Shown here: piece by piece, positions 37,545 through 50,545 of the stretch
Position numbering within the stretch: the first letter of the stretch is position 1
Layout of the letters: every line of letters begins with the position of its first letter
Source: Macrostomum lignano
Lineage: Eukaryota
DNA: 64,000 nucleotides
Direction of reading: 5' to 3'
Assembly: GCA_002269645.1 (NCBI GenBank)
Contig: NIVC01003443.1
Span: 33,282-97,281 of the forward strand
Notes under the pieces: generated by a model
What the model saw: the letters and a program-made list of their open reading frames with translations, nothing else
What the model was told of the DNA's origin: nothing
Databases searched by the model: none
Program-made: the position numbers and the translations under genes

Positions 37545-38394
37545 CGCGGCTTGAACGGAGAAGAATAATGGGGATTATAGTGATATCTGAGGATAACCTG
37601 GCTGTGTCTGCTGCCTGAGTATGGATGCAGCTCACACTCGCCTCTTCAAACTCCAAGAATGCTAAGCTGCAGCACGCCTCTTCCGTGCTAAAAAAAGAGA
37701 CAGACAGGGGGAAGACAGAGAGGGGAGGAGAGGAGACACTGTATGTAAGGGCCTGATGTCAGTGTACAGCTGCACCAGCCTCTCTCCTTCATCATTAGGA
37801 GAGAGGAGAAGAAAAGGTCAGTCGATTTCTCCGCCTCGTCTCCCACTCTCTCCACCCCCGCAGTTGCTATGCCGACCAATGCCAGGAACGACCGAGCGAG
37901 CAGAGAAGAGGAATATGGAGAAGGGGGAGAGGCTGAGAGTGCAATTCTGACGCGAGGAGAGCTCAGCCTCCAGTCTCTCTCTCTCTCTCCGCATTTGCTC
38001 TTTCCATCCTAAAAAATCCCAAATCCCAGATAGGCTGCAGGATTGAGGTCAGTTCTGCTTCTGGGAGAGAGGTTGCAGAAATTTCAGCCAATGTCGGAAA
38101 AAGAAAGAATAATTAGCAGAGCCGAAAGAAGACTTGCTGCCAGTGGCAGGTTGTATCAAACTCTGCATCTGGCCACAGTAGGTTTCCCTCAAGGCCTGTC
38201 CGTTTTCCACAGGAAATCAATGTAAAGTGAAGAGATGAAGTCAGGAGACTGCAGGGGAGGGGCTGAGAGTGGGAATAATTGATGGGGATTCAATGCTTAG
38301 ATGTGCTTGGGTGGCGCGTGAAAGTCAGATGTCGTTCACGTGATATCTGCAGTTATTATTCACAGAATAGCCATTCACACGATACAACTTGATA

Positions 38395-39196
38395 ACCATT
38401 CAATGGATATTTTATGGTCATTCACTGGATATTGGATGGTCATTCACTGGATATTGGATGGTCATTCACCGGATATCTGATGGTCATTCACTGGATATTT
38501 TATGGTCATTCACTGGATATTCTATGGTCATTCACTGGATATTTTATGGTCATTCACTGGATATTTTATGGTCATTCACTGGATATTTGATATTCATTCA
38601 CTGGATATTTTATGGTCATTCACTGGATATTCTATGGTCATTCACTGGATATTGGATGGTCATTCACTGGATATTGGATGGTAATTCGCTGGATATTGGA
38701 TGGTCATTCACTGGATATTGGATGGTCATTCACTGGATATTTGATGGTCATTCACTGGATATTTTATGGTCATTCACTGGATATTGGATGGTCATTCACA
38801 GGATATTTAATAGTCATTAACTGGATATTTGATAGTCATTCACAGGATATTTGATAGTCATTCACTGGATATTTGATATTCATTCACTGGATATTTTATG
38901 GTCATTCACTGGATATTCTATGGTCATTCACTGGATATTGGATGGTCATTCACTGGATATTGGATGGTAATTCGCTGGATATTGGATGGTCATTCACTGG
39001 ATATTGGATGGTCATTCACTGGATATTTGATGGTCATTCACTGGATATTGGATGGTCATTCACTGGATATTGGATGGTCATTCACAGGATATTTAATAGT
39101 CATTAACTGGATATTTGATAGTCATTCACAGGATATTTGATAGTCATTCACTGGATATTTGATAGTCATTCACAGGATATTTGATAGTCATTCACA

Positions 39197-39231
<35 letters not shown>

Positions 39232-39251
39232 TATATATTATATATATATAT
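38395..39251. repeat. 22-bp minisatellite followed by (AT)n
   Basis: GGTCATTCACTGGATATTGGAT repeats to about 39198, then (AT)n. Confidence 0.93.
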
Positions 39252-39389
39252 GTTTTAAAATTTGCACTGTTTAAATCAAACGGAACGGCTGAGGCAATAA
39301 AAGAATTTAGAAATTATGAATGACCAGATCCGTATTCGGTAAATGGACTGGTTGATCAGAAATTCTGGATGAACTGTAACTAAAATTTG

Positions 39390-39972
39390 GGAGGCTGACC
39401 TAGCATCTGAGGATCTGGGAGGCTGGCCCAGCAACTGACACTCTGGGAGGCTGGCCCAGCAACTGAGGATCTCGGAGACTGGCATGGCAACTGAGGATCT
39501 GGGAGGCTGGGATAGCAACTGAGGATTTGGGAGGCTAGCCCAACAACTGAGGATCTGAGAGGCTGGCCCAGCAACTGAGAATCTGAGAGGCTGGCTCAGC
39601 AACTGAGGATCTAGAAGGCTGGCCCAGCAACTGAGGATCTGGGAGGCTGGCCTAGCAACTGAGGATCTGGGAGTCTGGCCCAGCAATTGAGGATGAGAGG
39701 CTGACCCAGCAACTGAGGATCTGGGAAACTGGCCCAGCAATTGAGGATCTGGGAGTCTGGCCCAGCAATTGAGGATCTGAGACGCTGGCCCAGCAACTGA
39801 GGATCTGAGAGGCTGGCCCAGCAACTGAGGATCTGAGAGGCTGGCCCAGCAACTGAGGATCTGAGAGGCTGGCCCAGCAACTGAGGATCTGGGAGTCTGG
39901 CCCAGCAATTGAGGATCTGGGAGTCTGGCCCAGCAATTGAGGATCTGGGAAGCTGGTATAGCAACTGAGGAT
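39390..39972. repeat. 29-bp minisatellite
   Basis: GGCTGGCCCAGCAACTGAGGATCTGGGAG repeats. Confidence 0.92.
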
Positions 39973-40455
39973 CCAAGGGGCAGTGCAATGTAAGTCCCTA
40001 TGCTTAGAATTTTTAAGCTAATCACCCTAAGCAAATTGAAGAGTGAGAGCAGATGTCATAGGTGAGCCAATTAGACATGTAAAACAGCGACAGCAAAGAC
40101 GCAGTCAGTAATGTATTTATTCATTAAATTTAAACCCAGGAACAAAATGAAAAAAACACACAACATCTTCATCATCTTTCTGGCATGATAGAGATTTTTC
40201 TCAGTCAACAAAAGTCTATGGATATGACGGTTGGGGAAAGATTGGATATTAAACAGGAAAATTTCTAATCTCTGATCGAGTTGCCAGGAAAAACTGAAGG
40301 TAAAAAAATCATGATAAAATCCATCAGCCTGCACAACGGCTTGCCAAAGGCTAAAGATTTTCAAACAGACTAAAAAACAATGAAAAACAACACGATTGTT
40401 TTGTGGAATTCTCATGATAGCAAAAATTAGTCCATTTCTAATAGACCACATTAGC

Positions 40456-40927
40456 AATCCATTCTATTCCTTCATCAGTGATGCTGGCTAGATTAGCAAT
40501 CCATTCTATTCCTTCATCAGTGATGCTGGCTAGATTAGCAATCCATTCTATTCCTTCATCAGTGATGCTGGCTAGATTAGCAATCCATTCTATTCCTTCA
40601 TCAGTGATGCTGGCTAGATTAGCAATCCATTCTATTCCTTCATCAGTGATGTTGGCTAGATTAGCAATCCATTCTATTCCTTCATCAGTGATGTTGGCTA
40701 GATTAGCAATCCATTCTATTCCTTCATCAGTGATGTTGGCTAGATTAGCAATCCATTCTATTCCTTCATCAGTGATGTTGGCTAGATTAGCAATCCATTC
40801 TATTCCTTCATCAGTGATGCTGGCTGGATTAGCAATCCATTCTATTCCTTCATCAGTGATGCTGGCTAGATTAGCAATCCATTCTATTCCTTCATCAGTG
40901 ATGCTGGCTGGATTAGCAATCCATTCC
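40456..40927 (-). repeat. 39-bp minisatellite, copy A
   Basis: The minus-strand unit is GAATGGATTGCTAATCTAGCCA(A/G)CATCACTGATGAAGGAATA, about 12 copies. Confidence 0.95.
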
Positions 40928-41884
40928 AACACACAGTCATGCAGTTTCCCAAAGTTTACAAAAGCATTAACATTCACAACTGAATTCAGCAATACTTCAA
41001 AGCGGTAAATAAAATGATACTAAGCTTAGCTATTTGCACAAGTCTCCAATCGAATGCCTCTTCAGAGAAGAGAATTAGCAGTGTAAAACAGAAGTCGTAA
41101 TCTAAAAAATAGGCCACACTAAACAACTAATCACAATTTAGATTAACACAGATTTAACCGTTTTAAAATCAGAACAGAAATCCAGGTACAGACAGGAGAA
41201 ACAGCACGGCAACACCTTGATAACCACTGTGGCACATTGAGAAGTAAAACTGTGAAAACCGAATGTCATTATCGTGATTGATCACTTTCCAAGTAATGAG
41301 CAACAGAGTCGAATGTTTCGTAAGGAGATAAAAAAGGAAAAAGATACAAAAACTACAAAGGAATGCAGGACTTTTTCTGGCTTGCAGAAGAAGCTGGGCG
41401 GTCTCTGATGCAGCAGCATGGGTTCTGGTCTGAACCTGCTTGCTTTAAACAGTCCTAGGATGAGACAGGCAAAGGTAAGGTTTGTGGCGATTTTTCAGGT
41501 TGCTTTGGGGCGATTTTTCAGGTTGCTTTGGGGCGATTTTTCAAATTGCTTTGAGCGATTTTTCAGGTTGCTTTGGGGCGATTTTTCAGGTTGTTTTGGG
41601 ACAATTTTTCAGGTAATTAGGTTGCTCTGGGGCAACTTTTTAAAAGGATTCAAGGCAATTTTGATGGAGAGGGGAATTACTTACGAGGGCTTGGGGCATT
41701 TACTGAAGAGCTTCTGCAAAGGCTTTTTCTGCACAACAAGTGCAAAAAGACTTAAACATGGTACTAGGTACAAACATTAGAGATGAGAAGCAAAGGCCAA
41801 CTTTAAAATGAACAGTATAAAAACTGACTCAGGAATGAACTCGTATTTTACTTTGCAGAGCCCAAAGCGATCAGCCCAACTAAA

Positions 41885-43330
41885 ATATCAATCAATCAAT
41901 CCAATCAAACTAATCAACCTGTCAATCAATCAATGAATCAATGCAATAAAACTAGTCAACCTGTCAATCAATCAATTCAATCAAACTAATCAACCTGTCA
42001 ATCAATCAATTCAATCAAACTAATCAACCTGTCAATCAATCAATTCAACAAAACTAATCAACCTGTCAATCAATCAATCCGATCAAACTAATCAACCTGT
42101 CAATCAATCAATCCAATCAAACTAATCAACCTGTCAATCAATCAATTCAATCAAACTAGTCAACCTGTCAAACAATCAATGAATCAATGCAATAAAACTA
42201 GTCAACCTGTCAATCAATCAATCAATTCAATCAAACTAATCAACCTGTCAATCAATCAATCAATTCAATCAAACTAATCAACCTGTCAATCAATCAATCA
42301 ATTCAATCAAACTAATCAACCTGTCAATCAATCAATCAATTCAATCAAACTAATCAACCTGTCAATCAATCAATCAATTCAATCAAACTAATCAACCTGT
42401 CAATCAATCAATTTAATCAAACTAATCAACCTGTCAATCAATCAATCCAATAAAACTAGTCAACCTGTCAATCAATCAATTCAATCAAACTAATCAACCT
42501 GTCAATCAATCAATTCAATCAAACTAATCAACCTGTCAATCAATCAATTCAATCAAACTAATCAACCTGTCAATCAATCAATCCGATCAAACTAATCAAC
42601 CTGTCAATCAATCAATCCAATCAAACTAATCAACCTGTCAATCAATCAATTCAATCAAACTAGTCAACCTGTCAAACAATCAATGAATCAATGCAATAAA
42701 ACTAGTCAACCTGTCAATCAATCAATCAATTCAATCAAACTAATCAACCTGTCAATCAATCAATCAATTCAATCAAACTAATCAACCTGTCAATCAATCA
42801 ATCAATTCAATCAAACTAATCAACCTGTCAATCAATCAATCAATTCAATCAAACTAATCAACCTGTCAATCAATCAATCAATTCAATCAAACTAATCAAC
42901 CTGTCAATCAATCAATTTAATCAAACTAATCAACCTGTCAATCAATCAATCCAATCAAACTAATCAACCTGTCAATCAATCAATTCAATCAAACTAATCA
43001 ACCTGTCAATCAATCAATTCAATCAAACTAATCAACCTGTCAATCAATCAATCCAATCAAACTAATCAACCTGTCAATCAATCAATCCAATCAAACTAAT
43101 CAACCTGTCAATCAATCAATTCAATCAAACTAATCAACCTGTCAATCAATCAATCCAATCAAACTAATCAACCTGTCAATCAATCAATCAATTCAATCAA
43201 ACTTATCAACCTGTCAATCAATCAATCAATTCAATCAAACTAATCAACCTGTCAATCAATCAATCAATTCAATCAAACTAATCAACCTTTCAATCAATCA
43301 ATTCAATCAAACTAATCGACCTGTCAATCA
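41885..43330. repeat. TCAA-rich satellite (about 30-34-bp unit)
   Basis: AATCAATCAATTCAATCAAACTAATCAACCTGTC repeats, directly 3' of the GalNAc-T gene. Confidence 0.95.
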
Positions 43331-43353
43331 ATACAACAGCAGACAAATAAAGC

Positions 43354-46006
43354 TCATTTAAACCCGTCCATCTGCCAGAGCTGCTCGTCCCCGCGGCCGC
43401 AGGCAACCATGGCCGGCTGGGACTTGGGCTGGGCGGCCAGCAACGGCACACCCATGCAGAGACCGGTGTAGACGTGTCGCACCCGGAAGGAGCTGCCGCC
43501 CGCGCTGTCGGCAGCGAACAGCTGTTTGCTATCGGCATCGTCGCAGGTCTCCAGGGTGAGCTCGGCCCCCGAGTAGGCCAACGACCAGCAAACGTCGTCG
43601 CTGCGAAGTCGATTATCGGCGCCCCAGGCGAACAGCTGGTTGCCGCCCTGGCCGTGGCAGGGGCCCAGCCCCAGCTTGGCGTGCGCCTGATGGCCCATCG
43701 TGTCTGCGCACATCTTGTACCGGCTGTTGCCCATGGGGCCCAGGTATCTGAGGGGTGGGATTGAGTGGGCGGGCGAGTGATGAACCGGTGAGGAAGCAGG
43801 TAAAGTCGGAATCATTGGAACCGGTGAGGGAACAGGTGATTTTGGAATAATTGGAACCGGTGAGGGAACACGTGATTTTTTGGAATAATTGGAACAGTTG
43901 ATTTTTTAATAATTGGAACCAGTGAGGCAACGGGTGATTTTCTCGAATAATTGGAACCGGTGAGGGAACAGGTGATTTTTTGGAATAATTGGAACCGGTG
44001 ACGGAACAGGTGATTTTTTGGAATAATTGGAACCGGTGAGGGAACAGGTGAAGTGTGAATCATAGGAACCGGTGAGGGAACAGGTGAAAACGGAATCATT
44101 GGAACCGGTGAGGGAACAGGTGAAAATGGAATAAGTGGAACCGGTAAATCACAGGCAAATATAAGTCAAACCCGGTGAGATTTACCTGGCATTGGCGGGA
44201 AAATGCGACTCGGGATAAATATTTTCCAAATACCAGCCAAAAGATTTACAATTCAGTTTGGCTTTCAATTTCAATCTGGCAGTCACGTCGCCATAGGCAA
44301 CGGAGCGCAGGGCGGGGTTGATTCGCAGCAGCAGGTCTTTGTAGTCGTCCATCCACACGGCGGCGGTCCGCATGGCGTTCTTGTTGAGTATGTTGGCCAC
44401 GCCGCCCGGCCACGAGTAGGGCGAGATCTGCGGATTCGCATGGTCACTTGTTGTCAATCAAAGACAGGGGACAATGACCAACTAGAGACAGATGGGTTTC
44501 GGGACAATGACTAACTAGAGACAGGGTATCGGGACAATGACCAACTAGAGACAGGGGGTATCGGGACAATGACCAACTAGAGACAGGGGGTATCGGGAAA
44601 ATGACCAACTAGAGACAGGGGGTATCGGGCGATGACCAACTAGAGACATCGGGCCAATGACCAACTCGAGACAGGGGGTATCGGAAAAATAACCATCTCA
44701 AAGACAAGCCAATGTGACCAATCAAAGACAGCAATGAACAATCAAAGACACCTCAATGACTAATCAAAAAGAAGCCAATGACCAATCAAAGACACATATC
44801 AATGACCAATCAAAGACAAGCCAATGTGACCAATCAAAGACAAGTCAATAACCGATCAAAGACAAGCCAATATGACCAATCAAAGACAAGTCAATGACCA
44901 ATCAAAGACAAGCCAATATGACCAATCAAAGACAAGTCAATAACCAATCAAAGACACCTCAATGACCAATTATAGACAACTCAATTACCAATCAAAGACA
45001 ACTCAATGACCAATCAAAGACAACTCAATGACCAATCAAAGACAAGCCAATATGACCAATCAAAGAGAAGCCAATATGACCAATCAAAGACAACTCAATA
45101 ACCAATCAAAGACACCTCAATGACCAATCATAGAGAACTCAATGACCAATCAATGACCAAAGACAAGCCAATATGACCAATCAAAGACAAGCCAATATGA
45201 CCAATCAAAGACAAGCCAATATGACCAATCAAAGACAACTCAATGTCCAATCATAGACAACTCAATGACCAATCATAGAGAACTCAATGACCAATCAAAG
45301 ACAACTCAATGACCAAAAATCAGCACCTTGCGAAAGACGTGACCAACTCGGGAGCACGTGACCAGCAGCAGGTGGCCGCCGCACATCCACACTCGAAAGG
45401 ACATCTCCAAGTTCTCGCCACCCCAGATTTCCATGCCGGAATCATAGGCGCCGATCTCGAAGAAATAGCGCCTGTCAATGGTGAAGAGCCCGCCAGCCAT
45501 GGTCGGGGTGTACAGCGGCATGGATCGGTCCTGCTTTCGCCTATCGAACTCGCGCTGGGGCACCGGGTACCAGCGGAAATTCAATCGCCAGTTGAATCCG
45601 CCCCAGGTGCTGTCCGAGGCCGGCACGTATTGGAAATTCTGCTCAGATATGACATCGATAATCGGGCAGGCTACCGCCCGGCGGTTCCGTTTGATCTCGG
45701 CTAGCAGGGGCTCCAGCCAGCCTGTGGTGGCCTCGCAGTGCGCGTCCAAGAAAGTGATGGTGTCGCCCTGGGCAACCGAGGCGCCACGGAGGCGAGCTCG
45801 GATCAGGCCGCTCCGGCTGGACATTCGCAGCACCCGAGTTGGCGTGGACAGGGTGGCAGTGTACTCGTCTAGAGGCTTGCCCAGGAACGGCCGGGTGCTG
45901 CTATCGTCAACTAGGATGACCTGCGGACGGAGACGCTTTAATTATTGTTGATTTCCTCGAATGTCTCCATAACAACAGCTGTCATTCAGTCCTCCATTGA
46001 TTCAAT

Positions 46007-46091
<85 letters not shown>

Positions 46092-46204
46092 TAGATAGAC
46101 AGACAGACAGACAGACTGACAGGCAGACAGACAGACAGACAGACAGACTGACTGACTGACAGGCAGACAGACAGACAGACAGGCAGACAGACAGACAGAC
46201 AGAC

Positions 46205-46236
<32 letters not shown>

Positions 46237-47179
46237 TGACAGGCAGACAGACAGACAGACAGATAGACAGACAGACAGATAGACTGACAGACAGACAGAC
46301 AGATAGACAGACAGACAGATAGACAGACAGACAGACAGACTGACAGGCAGACAGACAGACTGACAGACAGACAGACAGACAGACAGACAGGCAGACACTA
46401 AGACACTAAGACATTTTTAGCCTGCTTTGGTCGTTCCCAATAGGGATTAATTCTTAATTTAAGTTATGAACCATGAAAAACACAGTTTAAGCATTGTTAT
46501 TATCAACTTTCAACGATTAAGCATGAACTAACTACTAGTAACAGTAGTAGGTAAAGTAAGCTAAGCGCATAATAAAACGCGCGAACCTCTTTAAGACAGC
46601 CGGCGCACGACCTGTCAATAACAGAGTGCACCGTCCTGAGCAGGGTGCTCCAGGCCTCGTTGTGGAACACGATCACCACGCTGGTGTGGGCAGCCGATCC
46701 GGGTACAGCTTGGTCTGGCAGGCAGACATTCGATAATCGGGCAGCGTCCGGTTCAGCGCCATTAAGTCGCTGGCAACCAGGTTGAACTGGTTCTCCGAGA
46801 ACAGGATCTTTGCGCGTTCGGCCAGCTCTGGCGGAACCACAACAGCCGCGCCGTTGTCGCCGGGGCGGGAGGGCGCCAGGCCCACCGCGTTGACCAGATT
46901 GTTCCACAGAGCGCCGACACCCCCGGCGCCGCCGCCTCCCCCAAGGCCGGCGGAGGACGGGAGCGGCGAAGAAGACGACGCTGCCGCATCTTTGGCGACG
47001 TTGGAAAGCTCAACGGCTGAGGCTTCAACTGGGTTGGGCGAACCGGCGTAGAGCAGGCAGGCGAGGCCCAGCAGGCTGAGCAGAAGAACGGCAACGACTG
47101 CCGACCGATTGGAGAGGCGGCCGCGACGCTGGTTGCAGCATTGGCGGCAGCGACGGCGGCGGCAGACGAGCGACAGCAT
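43354..47179 (-). CDS. GALNT: Polypeptide N-acetylgalactosaminyltransferase (GT27 plus ricin-B lectin domain), GALNT1/13-like
   Basis: Exons 47179-46587, 45920-45327, 44427-44186 and 43747-43354. The N-terminus has a TM segment. Motifs are [60 protein letters not shown] and GHVFRK, followed by a lectin CHGQGGNQ. There is an apparent 1-nt deletion near 46685. Confidence 0.95.
43785..44150. repeat. Minisatellite filling GalNAc-T intron 3
   Basis: GGAACCGGTGAGGGAACAGGTGATTTTTTGGAATAATT-like units. Confidence 0.9.
44462..45320. repeat. Compound minisatellite filling GalNAc-T intron 2
   Basis: GACAATGACCAACTAGAGACAGGG units grade into AATGACCAATCAAAGACAA units. Confidence 0.9.
46008..46398. repeat. 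(GACA)n microsatellite in GalNAc-T intron 1
   Basis: GACA repeats with GATA/GGCA variants. Confidence 0.96.
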
Positions 47180-48290
47180 TCGATAAAGTGATTACCGGTG
47201 CCGGGATGCCGGGGGCTGCAGCGGAGGCCGCTGTGGTGCGCAGACAGGAGTGGCTGCTGCTGCTGGCTGTCGCCGCTGGAATTTTGGGGGAAGCCAACGG
47301 CAATAGAAATTTGACCACGGGTGAGAAATTGTTAATCAACAATAAACATATTGTTTACACATTGAGGTAGGTAAACATTTACTAAAGCAGCTGTTGAAAA
47401 CTGTCGGGAAAGGCAATGAAGAAAAGAAAAATTCGTGCTGACACTAATTAGCAAAACAATAAAAGTGGCCCATCAATTGGCTGGGCGGCGTTTTTCGCTA
47501 GGGCAGTTTTCAACACTACTCTCAGAACACTTGGACAGCCAGTGCCTGTCAAAAGTATTCAGACCGCAATCCAGCTTCTTTATAGTGCGCCGCCGCCTAT
47601 TCCACTATTCATCTTTCATTCCGACTTGGAACTTTCCGACTATGGAATGTTGCTTTTTAAAATATCTATAGGTAGGGGGGGGGGGGGGGGGACACGGCGC
47701 GGCCGTCCGCCGATATCAAAGCGACGCCGACAGGCTGCGGGCGCACACGCTAATAGATAGATAAAGGAATTCGCACTTTGCGCAGAGGATGGTCATTACA
47801 AAGGAATGGCTGGCTGGGTTGACGGCGCGCACCGAATGAAATCCGCGAGCAGTTGGGAGTCTGGACTTTTATTGCGCACGGACGTCATCAAAATAGGCGG
47901 ATATTTTCTACGGAAGCTTGCCGTCTAACGCCTGGATTATTTTATCTGTGGTACGAGTAAATAAATACGATTTATTTACTAATGACTAGATCCAATATAT
48001 TCGTATCTTTTAAACCAGCGTAGTTAATACTCAAAGACTTGGACAGTGCAGAAGTTCTTCATGGATAAAGGAATTAACATCATATGATAGACGAAGAATA
48101 AAATCACTCGAAAGGTAATCCAAAATATTTCCAAAATTTTTCTATGGATGCTCCCAGTTCATATGTGCAGATTTATTGTTGCCCTGAAACCCACCAAACT
48201 GTCTATGGTTCTCAGCAGCGAAGTTCATCATAAAAGTACTTGGCCATACCCTCGAGTAGAATAAAGCGGCACTTCTGCAAGAAACCAACA

Positions 48291-48833
48291 ATGCAAGGTC
48301 GTCGAACACTTGCTAGCACAAAACAATCGGCCAAGATGCTAGCAAAAGGCGACAATGGTACGCGAAAGCAGCAGATAAGTCAGGCGCAACAGCAGCAAAA
48401 GAAGCAATCGTCAAGGGCATGCCGGGAACTCTGCACCAGTTGTCAATCGCGGATTCAAGACATTCTCCAAGGCGAACACGATAAAAGCTGCGGCGAGCGA
48501 GACTTTGAAATTTTTCAAACAACAATGCCCGACTATGCTGTTACTATGGTGCGCCAGAAACTGCTCAAACTAACCGAATCAAACAATTATCAGACTGGAG
48601 ATGACGATAGCGAAATTTCTGGCAAAATCGGCAAAGATCTCAGCCGGTTCATGGAGGAACGATTCGGCGGCGTCTGGAATGTCATTGTCGGGCAGGACTT
48701 TGCCGCCTCCGTCATCTACGGAGCAAACAGTTTCCTGCACTGCGGCATCGATTCGGTGAACTACCTGCTGTTCTCCTGGCAGCCAGTCAGCTTGTTCAGC
48801 GACTGCATCGATAACAGCCTGAGGCTTTATTGA
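48291..48833 (+). CDS. Dynein light chain (LC8/DNAL4-type domain) with basic, Q-rich N-terminal extension; intronless
   Basis: The C-terminal segment EIFQTTMPDY...IGKDLSRFMEERFGGVWNVIVGQDFAASVIYGANSFLHCGIDSVNYLLFS fits the dynein light chain type 1 fold. The first ATG is at 48291. Confidence 0.8.
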   Translation: MQGRRTLASTKQSAKMLAKGDNGTRKQQISQAQQQQKKQSSRACRELCTSCQSRIQDILQGEHDKSCGERDFEIFQTTMPDYAVTMVRQKLLKLTESNNYQTGDDDSEISGKIGKDLSRFMEERFGGVWNVIVGQDFAASVIYGANSFLHCGIDSVNYLLFSWQPVSLFSDCIDNSLRLY

Positions 48834-49143
48834 ACGCGACAACCAACAACGCAAACATTTTGACAGTAGCTACAGCATTGCTGTACATTATTTTATCAAC
48901 AGGCATGCATGAGTGGTGCAACTATCAGTGTAAACAATGCAAATAAGCGTAAAGCAAAGCATCAATATACTAACGGGAATCTAACAACAATTTAGAAAAT
49001 AACAACTCCGTCTGAGCCACATTTGAAATTATTGGTTCAGTATATTTAATATGATGACTTAAAACCGGTGGATGAAAACATACGAAACAATAAACTGATC
49101 ATTTATTTAGTATAGTTTATCGCGCGTGTGCGTTCTTTTGGTC

Positions 49144-49733
49144 TCATCGGATCAAACGTTTCCTATGCTTTTGCTGCCATTTAGCACTGCTGATTGATGG
49201 CTTCTGACGGGACTTCAACGGGGCTGCTTCTGGACGCGGCGTCGGCGGCGGTGGAGGCGTCGGCGGCGGGGTCGGCGGCGGCGCAGTCAGAGGCCAGTGC
49301 CGCCCAAGCGACAATTTAAAGTGCAAATCTGTAAGCTGATCGGCTGTCACGTTAGCCGTAGCAGTTGAAAATAATTGGCGCATTAACAGATGAGGCAGCT
49401 GAGGCTGGGAACAGCAGGTTAGCATCAGGGATAGGCGAAAATGCCGATCGACCAGGTCCTCCTGGCTGCCGGGGCCCAGACAGGTGTGAGTCACGGTAGT
49501 GGTGGTAGCGCCAGCTGCTGCTGCAGGCTCCGCTCTGGGCTTAATAACTGACGAAGCCCGCTTAGCGACCGGCTTTCTCGGCGAGCTAGGCTTCGATAAT
49601 CTGCAGATTAAAAAAATTACCAAAATACGCACATTAATAGATTAAAACTTTTTTGATTAATCAATAGAATATCAGCTAAACAATAAATTATATTGAATTT
49701 TTAAGCTTACCGTAGCGCAGGTTTAACCGCCAT
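49144..49733 (-). CDS. Small uncharacterised two-exon protein (about 160 aa, Pro/Lys-rich ends)
   Basis: Exon 49733-49711 (MAVKPALR, donor GTAAGC) joins in phase with exon 49600-49144. An in-frame stop lies upstream of the ATG. Confidence 0.6.
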
Positions 49734-50334
49734 CTCCTTTTATGAACGTTTTTTCCACGGTTCGAACTTCGAAGGAACTTCTTTTAAAGAGAGATTTGGA
49801 GAGAGGGGACCCAGGTCTCTGGGTCGGGTTTTGCGCTTCTATTTATAACGGAGAGGCAGGGAGAGGGCAGAGAAAAGAAGGAATTCCAAAGGCCAGACGG
49901 AATAGCCCAGGGCAATTGGGGGTGGCGGTGGGCCCATCCAATAGCAGGCAAAGGGGTAATTTCAGTTGGATTTTGTCCAGCCAAGCAGGCTGTATATATT
50001 CGACATTTTTTCTTGAACAAAAAAAACACAGAGATAGAGAAACCGCAAGTCAGGTGAAGGGCGACTGGGCTACAGGTGGCACTTAAAAGAAGCAAGGACA
50101 GGGGAGTGGAAGGCGAGAACGAAGATAAGCTTGGCTGCTGTCGCAGTATTGCGCCTGTTGCCCTCTTGCCTCCTCGCGAGCGAGCATTCAAAAAATGCAG
50201 CCAAACCTGTAGGAATGCCAGGAATCTCTGGCGTGACCAAGCCAGGTGGGGTGTACTTCGGCATACCAGACCCAATGCACTCTCTCACTTTGCCTCCATC
50301 TTACTATGCGCATGTTTGTCTTAATATCTATATC

Positions 50335-50545
50335 CTTCTATCTTTGTCTCCATCTTTATGTCTCTGTGTATATTTGTCACTCTTTGTCTCTCTGTCCATC
50401 TTTGTCACTCTGTCTGTCTCTCTGTCCATTTTTGTCACTCTGTATGTCTCTCTGTCCATCTTTGTCACTCTGTATGTCACTCTATCTTTGTCACTCCTTA
50501 TGTCTCTCTGTCTCTCTTTATGTCTCTCTGTCTGTCTCTGTCGCT
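50335..50545. repeat. TC-rich degenerate tandem repeat
   Basis: CTCTGTCCATCTTTGTCACTCTGTATGT-like units. Confidence 0.75.

Noticed and set aside
49784-50288. Minus-strand ORFs as extra upstream exons of the 49144 gene
   Set aside because: An in-frame stop precedes the ATG at 49733, and no phase-consistent donor was found.
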